A stretch of DNA of 64,000 nt from a virus (lineage: Duplodnaviria; Caudoviricetes), in the IMG/VR virus record IMGVR_UViG_3300032307_000830, positions 526 through 64,525 of that record; one strand, given 5' to 3'. Positions 27,272-37,857 of the stretch are shown piece after piece. The number at the start of each line of letters is the position of its first letter. The first letter of the stretch is position 1. Made by a program: the position numbers and the translations under genes. The notes under the pieces are model-generated. The model searched no databases. It was given only the letters and a program-made list of their open reading frames with translations, and was not told where the DNA came from.

Positions 27272-29179
27272 TTATTGTATTTGTCCGTACCCCATAGAAA
27301 AACCCACGCCAGTTGTTGTTACCTCAACTTTTGAGTTGGTTTTAATATGAGAAACCATTAATTTTACTGTCTCCTCTAAAGCTATCATTAAATGATTCGG
27401 TGTTCCGTCTGGGAAAGTCGCAGCTGTTTCAATACCTTTTTCACTTAAATTTGATTTAAGATCGTTGATCATCGCCACCTGATTTAACCCAGGTTTCAGG
27501 GCCCCGCCGATTAAAACTAAAGGTGGTGGCATGGGTGGCATAGGGACAAAGTTTAGTAACTTTAATAATCTTAAAATCTGTTCAATTATCGATTCACAAC
27601 CACTAACTTTAAGTCCTTTAAGTGCTTTTAACAACGCTAATAAACTTTTTAAAGCCGATATATAATCCAAACCTCTTTGTTTTAAAAAATCGGCAGATAT
27701 TTTTTTAGCTAAATTTATTAAATCTTTCTTAATTAGGTTAAATATGTTCTGTACCAATAGGTCTGTAATGTGATTACCTATTTTTGTGATTAACGGTTTA
27801 ATAAAACTAACCATGCTTTCAGGTGTTTTCTTACCAGTATCACCCTTTAGAACCAAAAATAATTTAGGTATAACCATTAACTTTGGTGTTACGATCATCT
27901 GCATTAATGCATAAGGTATCGCTTTTAATATATTTAATTGGATCTCTGCGTTTATATTGGGTAGGTTAAGTACCGCGTTTGTCTCACCATCATTAATAAC
28001 TTTATTTAAACCATTATTTAAACCATTTTCTAATATATTAGCTGCCTGGTCTAAATTTGGTACTTTTTGACTGTTATCGATATTTGCGTTATTTGTGTCT
28101 GGTGCAAGTTGGTTCGGGTTTTCCCCAGGAAAAATTAACTTATTCTCTTGACTATTATTAAACAATTCCTCTAACGAATTTAAAATATCATCAGGGTTTA
28201 TTGTTACATCTAAATTACCGCAGGATGAAAACCTTAGAAAATTACTAGCTCTTAGATTACCAGTGGTTTCAATATCGTCAAGCTCCTTAGTGTTAAAATT
28301 AAAGACGTTATCAAAATCCGAATCAGTATTTAATAAACCACTTTCTTCACCGTTTTTTTGTGTTTGGTTAGCCCCATACTGATCGTTTAGAAAAGCTTTG
28401 TTACTGGAATCGGGTTTTGTTGTGTCATTCTCCTCACCACAAAAACCAAACATCTTTTTTAAACCTTTGGTTAACCCACTTTGTTTAACAATGATAGCTT
28501 TATTCACGTTACCCTTAACAGATAAAGAACCTGTTAAAACATCCATGAGTATTGCCATGAAATTAGGAAAATTAAAAACTGGGGCTGTAACTGTTAAGTA
28601 ATCCTTTAAAAATTCACCAAACTGTTTTTTTGAGTAGTACTCACCAAACTTAAATAAGTAGGTCGAACTATCAATTGTACTAAGAGTAAATAAAGTTCTT
28701 TCACCTTTTTTAAGTATTAACGGATTATTAACATCAGCATTCTGTGCTTTACTAAAGAAGTAATTAACGTGTTTCGTAATATCGTTACCTTCATACATTA
28801 ATTTACCAACTCGACTATCTGGTGCAACATTTAATAACCCAAATGAATCGATTTCTTGTTTACTTATCTCAATACCTGTGACTGATAATGTTGTGTATTT
28901 TTCGGGTATAACTAAATTAGGATCACAACCAAAAACTTTATAGAAGTTATCAGTTATAACCTTATTGATTGAATCGAATTTTTTTAACTGTGATAGACTA
29001 CCTTTTAGTATCAAAGATTTAAATTCTTTTTGACCCCTCGTTGATTTAACCAACTCAACCAAAAAATCAATAAATTCAAGCTTGTCTAGTTTTTTTTGCG
29101 CATCAGTTACGTATGGTTTCTGTGTGTTAGAAACCACTAATGATCTATACCTTGAAAATATCTCGCTTTGTGAACTCAT
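27272..29179 (-). CDS. Hypothetical (likely virion) protein
   Basis: 635-aa ORF in a late operon. Confidence 0.7.
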   Translation of the reverse strand: MSSQSEIFSRYRSLVVSNTQKPYVTDAQKKLDKLEFIDFLVELVKSTRGQKEFKSLILKGSLSQLKKFDSINKVITDNFYKVFGCDPNLVIPEKYTTLSVTGIEISKQEIDSFGLLNVAPDSRVGKLMYEGNDITKHVNYFFSKAQNADVNNPLILKKGERTLFTLSTIDSSTYLFKFGEYYSKKQFGEFLKDYLTVTAPVFNFPNFMAILMDVLTGSLSVKGNVNKAIIVKQSGLTKGLKKMFGFCGEENDTTKPDSSNKAFLNDQYGANQTQKNGEESGLLNTDSDFDNVFNFNTKELDDIETTGNLRASNFLRFSSCGNLDVTINPDDILNSLEELFNNSQENKLIFPGENPNQLAPDTNNANIDNSQKVPNLDQAANILENGLNNGLNKVINDGETNAVLNLPNINAEIQLNILKAIPYALMQMIVTPKLMVIPKLFLVLKGDTGKKTPESMVSFIKPLITKIGNHITDLLVQNIFNLIKKDLINLAKKISADFLKQRGLDYISALKSLLALLKALKGLKVSGCESIIEQILRLLKLLNFVPMPPMPPPLVLIGGALKPGLNQVAMINDLKSNLSEKGIETAATFPDGTPNHLMIALEETVKLMVSHIKTNSKVEVTTTGVGFSMGYGQIQ

Positions 29180-29556
29180 TATTCATATTCTTTTTCATTT
29201 GTATCCGATGAAGCACCTTGTTTCTTAATGAACTCCTCAGCCCATTTTCTATCTTCATCAGTAATTGTCATGCTAACACCAGAACCTTCTGTTGGCTTAC
29301 CAGACTTATAAAGAATATCCCCTTGTATTTTGATTAACCTTAGTTTTTTTTCAATAGATGAGTCGATGATCTTAAGTAGATCATTTGTTATCTTACCAAC
29401 TAAGGCTATATCCGAATTTTCATTAATGTCTCTAGAGAATTTTTTATAGGCGGTTAAAGCTCTATTTCTCTCATCAACAATCTCATTGTATGTTTCTTGC
29501 ATGAGTTCCTTCATACTTTCTTCAGAAACATCAACTTTTTTCTTTTTAGGTACCAT
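29179..29556 (-). CDS. Helical protein, weakly resembling T4 gp16 small terminase
   Basis: ALVGKITNDLLKIIDSSIEKKLRLIKIQ helix pattern; late promoter at 29574-29580. The functional call is weak. Confidence 0.4.
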   Translation of the reverse strand: MVPKKKKVDVSEESMKELMQETYNEIVDERNRALTAYKKFSRDINENSDIALVGKITNDLLKIIDSSIEKKLRLIKIQGDILYKSGKPTEGSGVSMTITDEDRKWAEEFIKKQGASSDTNEKEYE

Positions 29557-29564
29557 AATAATGT

Positions 29565-29580
29565 TATTTATTAATAAATA
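29565..29580. promoter_or_regulatory. Palindromic late-promoter site TATTTAT-TA-ATAAATA
   Basis: Perfect 16-bp palindrome directly after the sigma-factor stop codon. Confidence 0.55.
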
Positions 29581-30294
29581 TCAGGCATCCAAATAATTGT
29601 CCTTAAAAATCTTATACAACGACTTAAATCTTTTCATACTATTCCTGATTTCCTTAGTATTTAAGCCCGTCATATTTCGTATATATAACAATATTAGATT
29701 TTTATTAAACTTCGGTGAGTTCTTACCCTCATTTACTTGTGAGAACAGCTCGCGCCATTCTTCTAAAATTTTAGCCAATGAATGACCAACCTTAAATTCG
29801 TTCTCACTTAAATCATCAGCCTCTAAGTCTTTTCTTATACTAGAGGCCAAAGATTCAATAAAAATTGTTAAATCGAGATCATCATTATCAATCCTATATA
29901 ATAAATCATCTCTTTTTAATACCTCACCTTCGTTTTGGTCAATGTCAACAAGTGACATATTTTTTTTATACTCTTTAACCATCTCGCCAAAGAGATAATT
30001 CTTACAGATAGTCCCGAAATATGAAAATGATCTCTTACCCTTTTCTGGTTTGAATTTATCAAATTTTGTCATTAAGAAGGATAGGGTGTCTGCATGTAAA
30101 TCGTTGAATTCGTAGGATTGTCTGTATAATTTATACGTTCTTATAATACTTTCTATCATTTTATTGATAGGTTCTTGTAAGTGTTCTCTATAAATTTTCT
30201 CTCTTTCCTCAACAGTTTTAGCATCCAGAAACATGATCACCGCTTTCTCCTGGTCTACACCATAATAATTGCGATCTTTTTTCTGTCTTGCCAT
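29581..30294 (-). CDS. Late-transcription sigma factor (T4 gp55-like)
   Basis: RNYY, DLHADTLSFLMTKFDKFKPEKGKRSFSYFGTICKNY (sigma region 2, similar to gp55 FDPEKS.NPFAYFT). Confidence 0.75.
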   Translation of the reverse strand: MARQKKDRNYYGVDQEKAVIMFLDAKTVEEREKIYREHLQEPINKMIESIIRTYKLYRQSYEFNDLHADTLSFLMTKFDKFKPEKGKRSFSYFGTICKNYLFGEMVKEYKKNMSLVDIDQNEGEVLKRDDLLYRIDNDDLDLTIFIESLASSIRKDLEADDLSENEFKVGHSLAKILEEWRELFSQVNEGKNSPKFNKNLILLYIRNMTGLNTKEIRNSMKRFKSLYKIFKDNYLDA

Positions 30295-31124
30295 TATTCA
30301 CCAACTTCATTTTCCTCATAAATTATATGCCTATCTTCGTTAAACATGTATTCTTTTTTGGCTGACTCCATCCAGAACAAAGCTTCTTTTGGATCGATTT
30401 TATATTCAACAGCCTCACTGTTTTTATAAAGCCAGAATAATGACCCGTTTCTCATATTTACGTGCTTATACCCTATCTTAGGAATAACCATTGATTTATA
30501 TCCGTTTTTATGAAAACGTAATAAGAACTCATAATTAAATGTTAATTTAATCTGTTTTAAACCATTTATTTCGTTATAAACAGATGTTTTGATCACCATA
30601 CCACACGGGTTGATATTTGGGTACTCTAACAAAGTCTCGAGGTCGATTGAACCTAAAGTCTCACTAAAGTTATAAGCCCAAACAGCCTCGTTTGATAAGC
30701 CAATAAACTTGTTATCTTCAGATACATCATTAATAATTGGTAGGAACATATCAACATCTGGATAAGCCGTAACATAATCATTAACATTTTTGTACCAAGT
30801 TTTTGAAACCTCATCATCAAACTCAAGAACGCTCATAAATTCTGTTGTAACTTCTTTAGCGGCGAAATTTATCTGACTTTGATAATCAGAATCACCATCG
30901 TTGGTTACCACATCGATGTTTAGGTCATATTTTTTAAAGTCAAAAGAGGCCATCTTAGTGATAACATCTAAACAGTTGCATGTTACAATTAATACTCTTT
31001 CTGGTTTAACATCGTTTCTGTCAATTGATGACAAAGCAACGTCAAATAAATCGTCAAAATTTTGCGTACCAATACTTTCAACGGAATGTACTGGTATTAT
31101 AACGGTTAAATTAGTTTTCTTCAT
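30294..31124 (-). CDS. GT-A glycosyltransferase (GT2-like)
   Basis: LTVIIPVH, QINFA, LEFDDE. Confidence 0.8.
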   Translation of the reverse strand: MKKTNLTVIIPVHSVESIGTQNFDDLFDVALSSIDRNDVKPERVLIVTCNCLDVITKMASFDFKKYDLNIDVVTNDGDSDYQSQINFAAKEVTTEFMSVLEFDDEVSKTWYKNVNDYVTAYPDVDMFLPIINDVSEDNKFIGLSNEAVWAYNFSETLGSIDLETLLEYPNINPCGMVIKTSVYNEINGLKQIKLTFNYEFLLRFHKNGYKSMVIPKIGYKHVNMRNGSLFWLYKNSEAVEYKIDPKEALFWMESAKKEYMFNEDRHIIYEENEVGE

Positions 31125-32190
31125 TTTCTTCTACGGTTTGATTAAAATTTTCTTTTATTTTTTCAAGCTTTGACATTTTTTTATTAAATAAATGTTCGAA
31201 AACTTCCATTGTGTTTTTCTCAAACACCTCTTTTGTATATTTTTCACCGATTGTTTGTGAAACGGTTAATAAGTTTTCAGGTAATGTATCATCTAACCAA
31301 TTTTTAATGTAACTAGATAAGATTTCTGGAATCTGGTTTTCATCGTAAACCCAAATACCATTGTCATCAGTCATCCACTCTGGGATAATATTAGGTACTT
31401 TACCGATTACGGGTACATTACACTTAATTGATTCAACTGGAAAACGACCAAAAGATGAGTCGTCATCAACCCAAATTGAAACAGCGCACTCTTTTAAGTT
31501 TTCAGCGAAATCTTTGTGGTTCATCGCGTGCATATCTTTAAAAGAAATAAATCGATAAATAGGGAATTTTAAGTAAAAAGCTTTAATGATTTTAGCTGCT
31601 TTTCTAGCCTCTCTACAATGAATCGCGATTATCGGTTTTTGTGGTTTTTCGCTAGCGGAAAAATTACCTTCAACCATCGGCTCGATGAATTGTACATCTT
31701 CAACAGGTACGGTATCCTCAACCATAGTCTTTAATGTGTTTGACGTTGTGATGCATTCCTCGGCACCAAGATCAACCCAAGATTTACCAGGTGAGAAAGC
31801 TTCCAACATGTAATCAAATGATTGTACGTAAATAATTTTTTCTAGTGGCATAGAGCTAATCTGTTCGAAAACGCTACCATATACTTCTGGTACAACGATA
31901 AAATCAGATGGGCCCACAACAAGATTGTTATCCTCGATTGACATGTGCTCTAATTCATCACACTCTGGCGTTAACCAAGAACCAACTTTAATGAAGTCAT
32001 TTTTCTCGTGTAGAATCGCCACATTGTAGCCGTTATTTTTAAGAACAAGCGCTTGACTATACAAGTGTATAACGCTAGATTTACCGTTACCCTTTGTGTC
32101 GGGAACCAAAAAAATGATCTTATGTTCTTTGTTTTTAATCTTAGCGATTGCGGATTCAAGATTGCTAACTATTTCTTTAGTTTTTTCCAT
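31111..32190 (-). CDS. GT-B glycosyltransferase-like protein
   Basis: DFIVVPE, SSFGRFPVESIKCNVPVIG (GT4-type EGFG.P..EA..G.PV). Confidence 0.7.
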   Translation of the reverse strand: MEKTKEIVSNLESAIAKIKNKEHKIIFLVPDTKGNGKSSVIHLYSQALVLKNNGYNVAILHEKNDFIKVGSWLTPECDELEHMSIEDNNLVVGPSDFIVVPEVYGSVFEQISSMPLEKIIYVQSFDYMLEAFSPGKSWVDLGAEECITTSNTLKTMVEDTVPVEDVQFIEPMVEGNFSASEKPQKPIIAIHCREARKAAKIIKAFYLKFPIYRFISFKDMHAMNHKDFAENLKECAVSIWVDDDSSFGRFPVESIKCNVPVIGKVPNIIPEWMTDDNGIWVYDENQIPEILSSYIKNWLDDTLPENLLTVSQTIGEKYTKEVFEKNTMEVFEHLFNKKMSKLEKIKENFNQTVEENEEN

Positions 32191-32812
32191 TTTCTTCTTT
32201 GTTTAGTTTTTTTAGGAGTTTAAATAATTCTTTAGTGTTAATTATAGTATAATCAGATTTAATGTCAACATTAAATTCATTTTGATACTTTATGGATGTT
32301 TTACCTTTGGGTTTTGCTTTTAAGATTTTTGGGTTATCTGTCACCAAAACATCACAATGTGACCAAAAGTCTTTCCATTTCTTTGGGAAGACTATTTGTT
32401 CTAGATTATAATAGTTTTTACTTAGAAAGAACAATGTGGCCGCTTTAGATCTTTGGCTCTCATTGTTTAACAATAAGATGTTAATCTTATTTTTGTTTGA
32501 GAAATCTGATATTTCTTTTATAATGCCAGGTTCAGTTTCATCTGTCCTACCAAAAACCTCAAAGCATGCATCATCGTACATAAATCTTTCCAGATTAAAC
32601 GATTCATCTTTCTTGTTTTCGGTAAATTCAACTTCCTCATCGGTCTTAAACTCTGGTGACTCAACGCTACCATCAATATCTGGGAAAGAAGCGGATAAAT
32701 TAAAAGGATTTATAGGTTCTATCGCTTCTTTTTCGAATTCGAACTCATATAAATCCTTTAATTTTGAAATGTGATCCCTTAAAATATTATTTATCGTAAT
32801 ACCTACTATCAT
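32177..32812 (-). CDS. 5'(3')-deoxyribonucleotidase (NT5C/HAD)-like protein with degenerate motif I
   Basis: MIVGITINNILRD aligns with IGIDxDGVLRD; DVLVTDNP matches motif IV. Confidence 0.55.
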   Translation of the reverse strand: MIVGITINNILRDHISKLKDLYEFEFEKEAIEPINPFNLSASFPDIDGSVESPEFKTDEEVEFTENKKDESFNLERFMYDDACFEVFGRTDETEPGIIKEISDFSNKNKINILLLNNESQRSKAATLFFLSKNYYNLEQIVFPKKWKDFWSHCDVLVTDNPKILKAKPKGKTSIKYQNEFNVDIKSDYTIINTKELFKLLKKLNKEENGKN

Positions 32813-32860
32813 ATAATTATTTTTAGCTAAAAATAATAAAGAAGTTAGGTAAAATAAACA

Positions 32861-33625
32861 CTACATTTTACTTTCGTTAAATATTTTTTCGATTTTTTTG
32901 ATTAACGGGTTTCTAACAACATCGTCTTCACCAAGCACTACCGTACCAACCTCGTCAAAATCACTAAACTTTTGGATGATGAAATTTAATGAACTTTCAC
33001 CTTTCCTTTTCATATCGATTTGGTTTTCGTCACCCAAGAATATCATCTTAGAGTTTTCACCAAGTCTAGTCATAATGGTTCTAATATTATCAATTGAGAT
33101 ATTTTGAGCCTCATCAATTATCGTAATTGAATTGTCGATGTTAATACCTCTCATGTATGCTATCGGCATCTCCTCGATCATGTTATTCGCTCTCAAAAGC
33201 TCAACATTATGTTTTCCAATAACCTTTTCAAAATTATGCATAAATGAGTACATAAACGGTTCCATTTTTTCTTTCATGGTACCCTTTAAGAAACCAATCT
33301 CTTCGTCTTTTAATGTTGTCACCGATTTAACGATAACAATTTTTCTATATCTAGGGTCGTTCTTAAGAAGTTCTAATGCCATAGCGCATGATAAGAACGT
33401 TTTACCAGTACCTGGTAACCCAGAACAAATAACCATCTCTTTGTTTTTTATCTCAGTGATTAATTTTTTTTGGTTTTGGGTTTTGCACTTAATATCCACC
33501 CTCATTTTATCAAGGACGTTACCACTATGTGCGCGGGTAATCTCCTCAAGAGCCTCAAACTCTTCTTCAGGGGTTAATTTTTTTCTTGTTCTTCTTGTTG
33601 TTGGTTTTGTTTGTCTGTTACCCAT
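32861..33625 (-). CDS. phoH: PhoH-family ATPase
   Basis: GLPGTGKT, EIGFLKG...EKMEP, AYMRG, IIDEAQN, TRLGENSK, GDENQID, DVVRN. Confidence 0.95.
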   Translation of the reverse strand: MGNRQTKPTTRRTRKKLTPEEEFEALEEITRAHSGNVLDKMRVDIKCKTQNQKKLITEIKNKEMVICSGLPGTGKTFLSCAMALELLKNDPRYRKIVIVKSVTTLKDEEIGFLKGTMKEKMEPFMYSFMHNFEKVIGKHNVELLRANNMIEEMPIAYMRGINIDNSITIIDEAQNISIDNIRTIMTRLGENSKMIFLGDENQIDMKRKGESSLNFIIQKFSDFDEVGTVVLGEDDVVRNPLIKKIEKIFNESKM

Positions 33626-33626
33626 A

Positions 33627-33917
33627 TTAAAAGTAATTTTCGCTGTTTATGTTTTTATCATCAATAAATAAATCATAAGGTGGCTTACCGAATTTTAATT
33701 CGTGATATTTTACACCCCACTCTTTAAATTGTTTTTTTGTTAACTCAGAATGGTCAATACCAGTTACTGAACCTCTCGCGGTCCAATAAACAATTGTATT
33801 ACCCTCATCGTATAGATTATTTATTTTTTGTATTCTATCGAGCATCGGTTCTGAGGTAGCATAATCCGTACCACTCGTATTACAGATTGTATGATCAATA
33901 TCAACGTATATTAACAT
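33627..33917 (-). CDS. Small capless HAD phosphatase (capsule-biosynthesis type)
   Basis: YVDIDHTIC, WTARG, FGKPPYDLFIDDK. Confidence 0.85.
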   Translation of the reverse strand: MLIYVDIDHTICNTSGTDYATSEPMLDRIQKINNLYDEGNTIVYWTARGSVTGIDHSELTKKQFKEWGVKYHELKFGKPPYDLFIDDKNINSENYF

Positions 33918-34561
33918 ACTTTCTCAAAGAATAAAAACTCGTAATTAGATTTACCCTCTAATCGCTTACTAGCGACTAAGTTGTAATTTGTTAAATAACC
34001 CAGAATATAATCGGAATTTGTTTGACAAGCTAACCTAACATTCTCTCTTTGGCTATAATCACCTCTAAACATAGTCTTTTTATTATATCTTATCTGTAAC
34101 ATTACTTCATTAATATTTGAATCATTTACATTTTTTAAGAAATTAATCAGGTATTTCTCATCTGGGAAATGTTGTATAACAGCCTGTGATATAAAAATGT
34201 CAGCGCTTAGGTCATTAAACGTTTCTTTATCATCAACATTATAAAGATCAACATTTAAACCGTTTAAATTATTACTGGCTTCGGCCAACTGTCTAACGGA
34301 TATATCAAAACCGATATATTTTTTTATGTTTTTAGCTGAGAAAAGATATTGACCCAAAAAGCCACCACCTATGCCGTAATCAACCACAACTTTATCATTA
34401 AAATCGTATTTAGCGATAAAATTATTTTCCCAACTTTTTGTTAGGGTGTCGAAATCACCTAGATAATCGTTTATTTCTATGTGCGAAAAAACTGGGTCAC
34501 ACGTTTCCCAAAAATTTATTAACTCTTTTTTTTCCATAACTATTTTCTTATAAATAGGCAA
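33911..34561 (-). CDS. Class I SAM-dependent methyltransferase
   Basis: VVDYGIGGG, GFDIS, SQAVIQHFP. Confidence 0.85.
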   Translation of the reverse strand: MPIYKKIVMEKKELINFWETCDPVFSHIEINDYLGDFDTLTKSWENNFIAKYDFNDKVVVDYGIGGGFLGQYLFSAKNIKKYIGFDISVRQLAEASNNLNGLNVDLYNVDDKETFNDLSADIFISQAVIQHFPDEKYLINFLKNVNDSNINEVMLQIRYNKKTMFRGDYSQRENVRLACQTNSDYILGYLTNYNLVASKRLEGKSNYEFLFFEKVC

Positions 34562-35190
34562 TCCATGTAATCTGTGCCGAACCTACCCGTCCATTTTGAT
34601 GAAAAATGTAGGTTATATCCAAGATCAATTATTTTTTGTACGTATTCATCTGTTTTATCTTTTAGATCTGGGTCAATGAAATCATGAAACTCTATAGATA
34701 TTTGATTTATTTTATCGCAAATTTCTGGTGTCAAGCTATCTATTAGAAAATACTCAGAACCCTCAATATCAATTTTTAAATAATCAATATAGTCAACACC
34801 AACATCGTTCATTAAATCTGAAATTGTGATAGTATTAACCATGTATTTTTTTGGTTCTTCCTCACCCCATTTAAAATACTTGTTGTTTTCAGCTAAAATG
34901 TTACCAGCTTCGTGATTTTTTACCTCAGTAAAAAATAATTCAACATTACTTTCATTATATATGGCTTTATTTACCATAATAACTTTATCATTACATAATG
35001 GTAGTAGATTGTTTTTAAATAACTCGATATTAGGTTCAACACCGATATATTTTTTAATCGAGTCTAAACCAAAAAACTCAATAAATTTTTCATAGAATCT
35101 ACCATCATTAGTGCCTAAATCAAAAATAACGATATCATTTTTTTTATTAACTAATATTGTGTGATCTAATAGTGTTTCTGTTCTTATCAT
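34540..35190 (-). CDS. FkbM-family methyltransferase
   Basis: IFDLGTNDG, GVEPN, IDYLKIDIEGSE, QISIEFH. Confidence 0.9.
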   Translation of the reverse strand: MIRTETLLDHTILVNKKNDIVIFDLGTNDGRFYEKFIEFFGLDSIKKYIGVEPNIELFKNNLLPLCNDKVIMVNKAIYNESNVELFFTEVKNHEAGNILAENNKYFKWGEEEPKKYMVNTITISDLMNDVGVDYIDYLKIDIEGSEYFLIDSLTPEICDKINQISIEFHDFIDPDLKDKTDEYVQKIIDLGYNLHFSSKWTGRFGTDYMDCLFIRK

Positions 35191-36032
35191 TTTCTAAGTG
35201 TTTTCATCTTAGCCAACTCACCGCCAAAAAGTTCTCTAGCTTTTATCGGAATATTTAAACCAGCTTCTATATCACGAATACCTTTAACTAGTTTAAATAA
35301 ACCAGATGGTTCAATAGACGCTGAATGGTCGGAGCCCCACATAGTCCTATCCAAAGTAATATGACGCTCAATCCAGGTAACACCCATAGGTACCGTTGCA
35401 AATGTTGTAACAAGACCATATTCGTGCCCACTGTAACCAATTTCTTTATCAGTCCATTTTCTTTTTAACCAGGAGATGTAGTTTAAATTTAACTCCTCTA
35501 CTGGGCATGGGTAAGTTGAATTTGTGTGCATGATAACATCTGGTTGACAACTCAAAACACACTCATCGATTTGACATTCATCGCTCATTCCAGTTGATAT
35601 CATCAAATAATCTGATTTTTGTCTAGCGTATTGGCACAAGTTAATGTCAGTTATTAAAGCTGATGGTATTTTCATAACAACACCCAAATCAGTTTTATAT
35701 CTCATCATAAAATCAACCGAATCCATATCCCAAACTGAGGCAAACCACCCTATATTTAACTGCTTACAAAATCTATCAATTTCATCATATTCTTTTTCAC
35801 CGAATTCAGTTTTCCATTTATATTCGAGGTACGTTATCTCACCCCAAGGTGTTTGACGCATTTTACTTTTTTGATCTTCTGGGACGCAAACATCTGGGTT
35901 TCTTTTTTGAAACTTTACGTAATCACACCCAGCGGCTTTAGCTACCATAATTAATTGTTTGGCTATTTCAATATCGCCGTTGTGGTTAATCCCTATTTCC
36001 GCGATTACCTTAACTTTGTTGTTCTTCTTCAT
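35187..36032 (-). CDS. neuB: N-acetylneuraminate/nonulosonate synthase (NeuB family, no C-terminal SAF domain)
   Basis: IAEIGINHNGD, VKFQKR, KIPSA, ISTGMS, HTNSTYP, GYSGHE, IERHITLDR.MWGSDH. Confidence 0.93.
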   Translation of the reverse strand: MKKNNKVKVIAEIGINHNGDIEIAKQLIMVAKAAGCDYVKFQKRNPDVCVPEDQKSKMRQTPWGEITYLEYKWKTEFGEKEYDEIDRFCKQLNIGWFASVWDMDSVDFMMRYKTDLGVVMKIPSALITDINLCQYARQKSDYLMISTGMSDECQIDECVLSCQPDVIMHTNSTYPCPVEELNLNYISWLKRKWTDKEIGYSGHEYGLVTTFATVPMGVTWIERHITLDRTMWGSDHSASIEPSGLFKLVKGIRDIEAGLNIPIKARELFGGELAKMKTLRK

Positions 36033-37857
36033 AATATTTTGCTTTTATTGTTGTTATAATTTCACCAGCATCAAAACCGTCTATCATCATATCGTAAATA
36101 TCTCTCACAATATCTGAGTCATAAAATCTAACCTTTACGTTTTTATTAATAAAATTACTTAAAGCAATAATAACAAAATTAAGATCAAAGTCAAGAGAGT
36201 GTGGTTTATTCTCATCAACATATGGGTTTATAAATTTTGAAACTCCGTGTTCTTTAAATGATCCATCCTCATTTATCCTACTATATAGGTTGTAACCGAT
36301 TATGTTAACGCGTTTACTGTTTAGTAAACTAAAGAACAACATCATACTAACCCCAGATGTTGGTAGAGGTAATTTTCTATTATGTTCCCTTCTTTTTGTT
36401 ATTGCGTAGTATGAATTAGATCTAGCGCACATAAAATTAAATGGGTCGACATTGTGCGTGTTTGTTGGGTGTTGTTTTTCTAAAGTTTTTCTAACATTAC
36501 CCGTTAGAAGCCACAATTTATCTGGGTTAAAGTTACCGTTAGTTATTTCGTTTAATAACACTATTTCATTTGTTGAGCAATAGTAATAATCAACGTCAAA
36601 CAGATGGGCTAATTTAAAACCCCAGTTTGTTGTTACAACCCTAGTTTGTAATATTTCGGGTAAAACCGAATACAACATTTCGTTACCAATACCAGATGAA
36701 ACCAAGCTAACACTACCTAAATCAACAGATAAAAACCTATATTTTTTAGAGTAATCCAACCAAAGCTTTTCTATTGCTTTGTAGTCTTTTTCAAATTCCT
36801 TTTGTTTAATGTTCCAAGGTTTTTCACCAACATAATGTATAACTTTTATGTCTTTTAAAGCACTAGCTAATTCATCTGATTTGGAGTCATCAAAACATCT
36901 TTTTAGTAGGTTATAATCTGACGACAAAAATAAAACATCAAAATTTTTCAAATACTCATTAAGTAAACTTTGATCCAGAAACTTGGGGTTAGTTAATTTT
37001 GGGAATAGGTTTAACATGTTTTTCACATGTTCATCTGAGCGCATAAAAGAACCGCTTAGTAGTAAAAAACCGCCATTTAATGAAACATCGTCTGAACCAG
37101 CTTTTTTGATAATAGGTTTTCTTATGTACTGGGATGTGTCCCTTGTTGCCGCGATATCGTGATCAATAAGATATAAATCTCTTAAAGAGTTAACAACTAA
37201 CATATCACTATCTAAATACAAAACCTTATCATAATCAGTAAAATTAAAGATCTCAATTGTTAACACCGATGGTATAAACCTATGAAAATTTTTACTTATT
37301 TTACTTTTGAAAAGAGTTATTACATCATTGTAATGACCCGTTGTATCAATTTTTTTAAAGATTGTTTTTCTATAGAATAACTTTAACTCATCAATCTTTT
37401 CATCAGATAATGGTGACAATTCATCACTATACATTATAATCAGATCCCCATTGAACCATGGGTTGTTTTCCAAAAATGAGTTTATAAAAACGTAAAAATG
37501 GTCAGCAAATGGGTTATTTAATATTGTGGTTAACGCGTATCTTTCAGGTAAAACCCTGTTCATCTTAATATTCGCCTTATCTTTTAAATCAGACTTCTCA
37601 ACATCAATTTTTTTAGCAAACGAGCTTAGGTTGATGTCGTCTTCCTTTTTTTCTTTAACTAATTTTACGGTTGTTTTATATACAGGTTCTTCCTGCGTAT
37701 GTGTTTTTCTCTTTATATCCTTTTTTTCTGGTATAACATTAACCTCTTCAACGATACTTTCTTGTATCGCCGTGTCAATATTAACCTCTTTATCAATAAC
37801 CTCTTGTTTGATTAATTTACTGGTTATAGCCCTATTTTTCTTTAAGAAATACCCCAT
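36010..37857 (-). CDS. GT8 glycosyltransferase fused to a C-terminal GT29/Maf-like domain
   Basis: YDKVLYLDSDMLV, NGG, DQSLLN, YN, IHYVGEKPW (GT8). C-terminal PTSG...VNIIGYNLY...HSLDFD. Confidence 0.75.
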   Translation of the reverse strand: MGYFLKKNRAITSKLIKQEVIDKEVNIDTAIQESIVEEVNVIPEKKDIKRKTHTQEEPVYKTTVKLVKEKKEDDINLSSFAKKIDVEKSDLKDKANIKMNRVLPERYALTTILNNPFADHFYVFINSFLENNPWFNGDLIIMYSDELSPLSDEKIDELKLFYRKTIFKKIDTTGHYNDVITLFKSKISKNFHRFIPSVLTIEIFNFTDYDKVLYLDSDMLVVNSLRDLYLIDHDIAATRDTSQYIRKPIIKKAGSDDVSLNGGFLLLSGSFMRSDEHVKNMLNLFPKLTNPKFLDQSLLNEYLKNFDVLFLSSDYNLLKRCFDDSKSDELASALKDIKVIHYVGEKPWNIKQKEFEKDYKAIEKLWLDYSKKYRFLSVDLGSVSLVSSGIGNEMLYSVLPEILQTRVVTTNWGFKLAHLFDVDYYYCSTNEIVLLNEITNGNFNPDKLWLLTGNVRKTLEKQHPTNTHNVDPFNFMCARSNSYYAITKRREHNRKLPLPTSGVSMMLFFSLLNSKRVNIIGYNLYSRINEDGSFKEHGVSKFINPYVDENKPHSLDFDLNFVIIALSNFINKNVKVRFYDSDIVRDIYDMMIDGFDAGEIITTIKAKYYEEEQQS

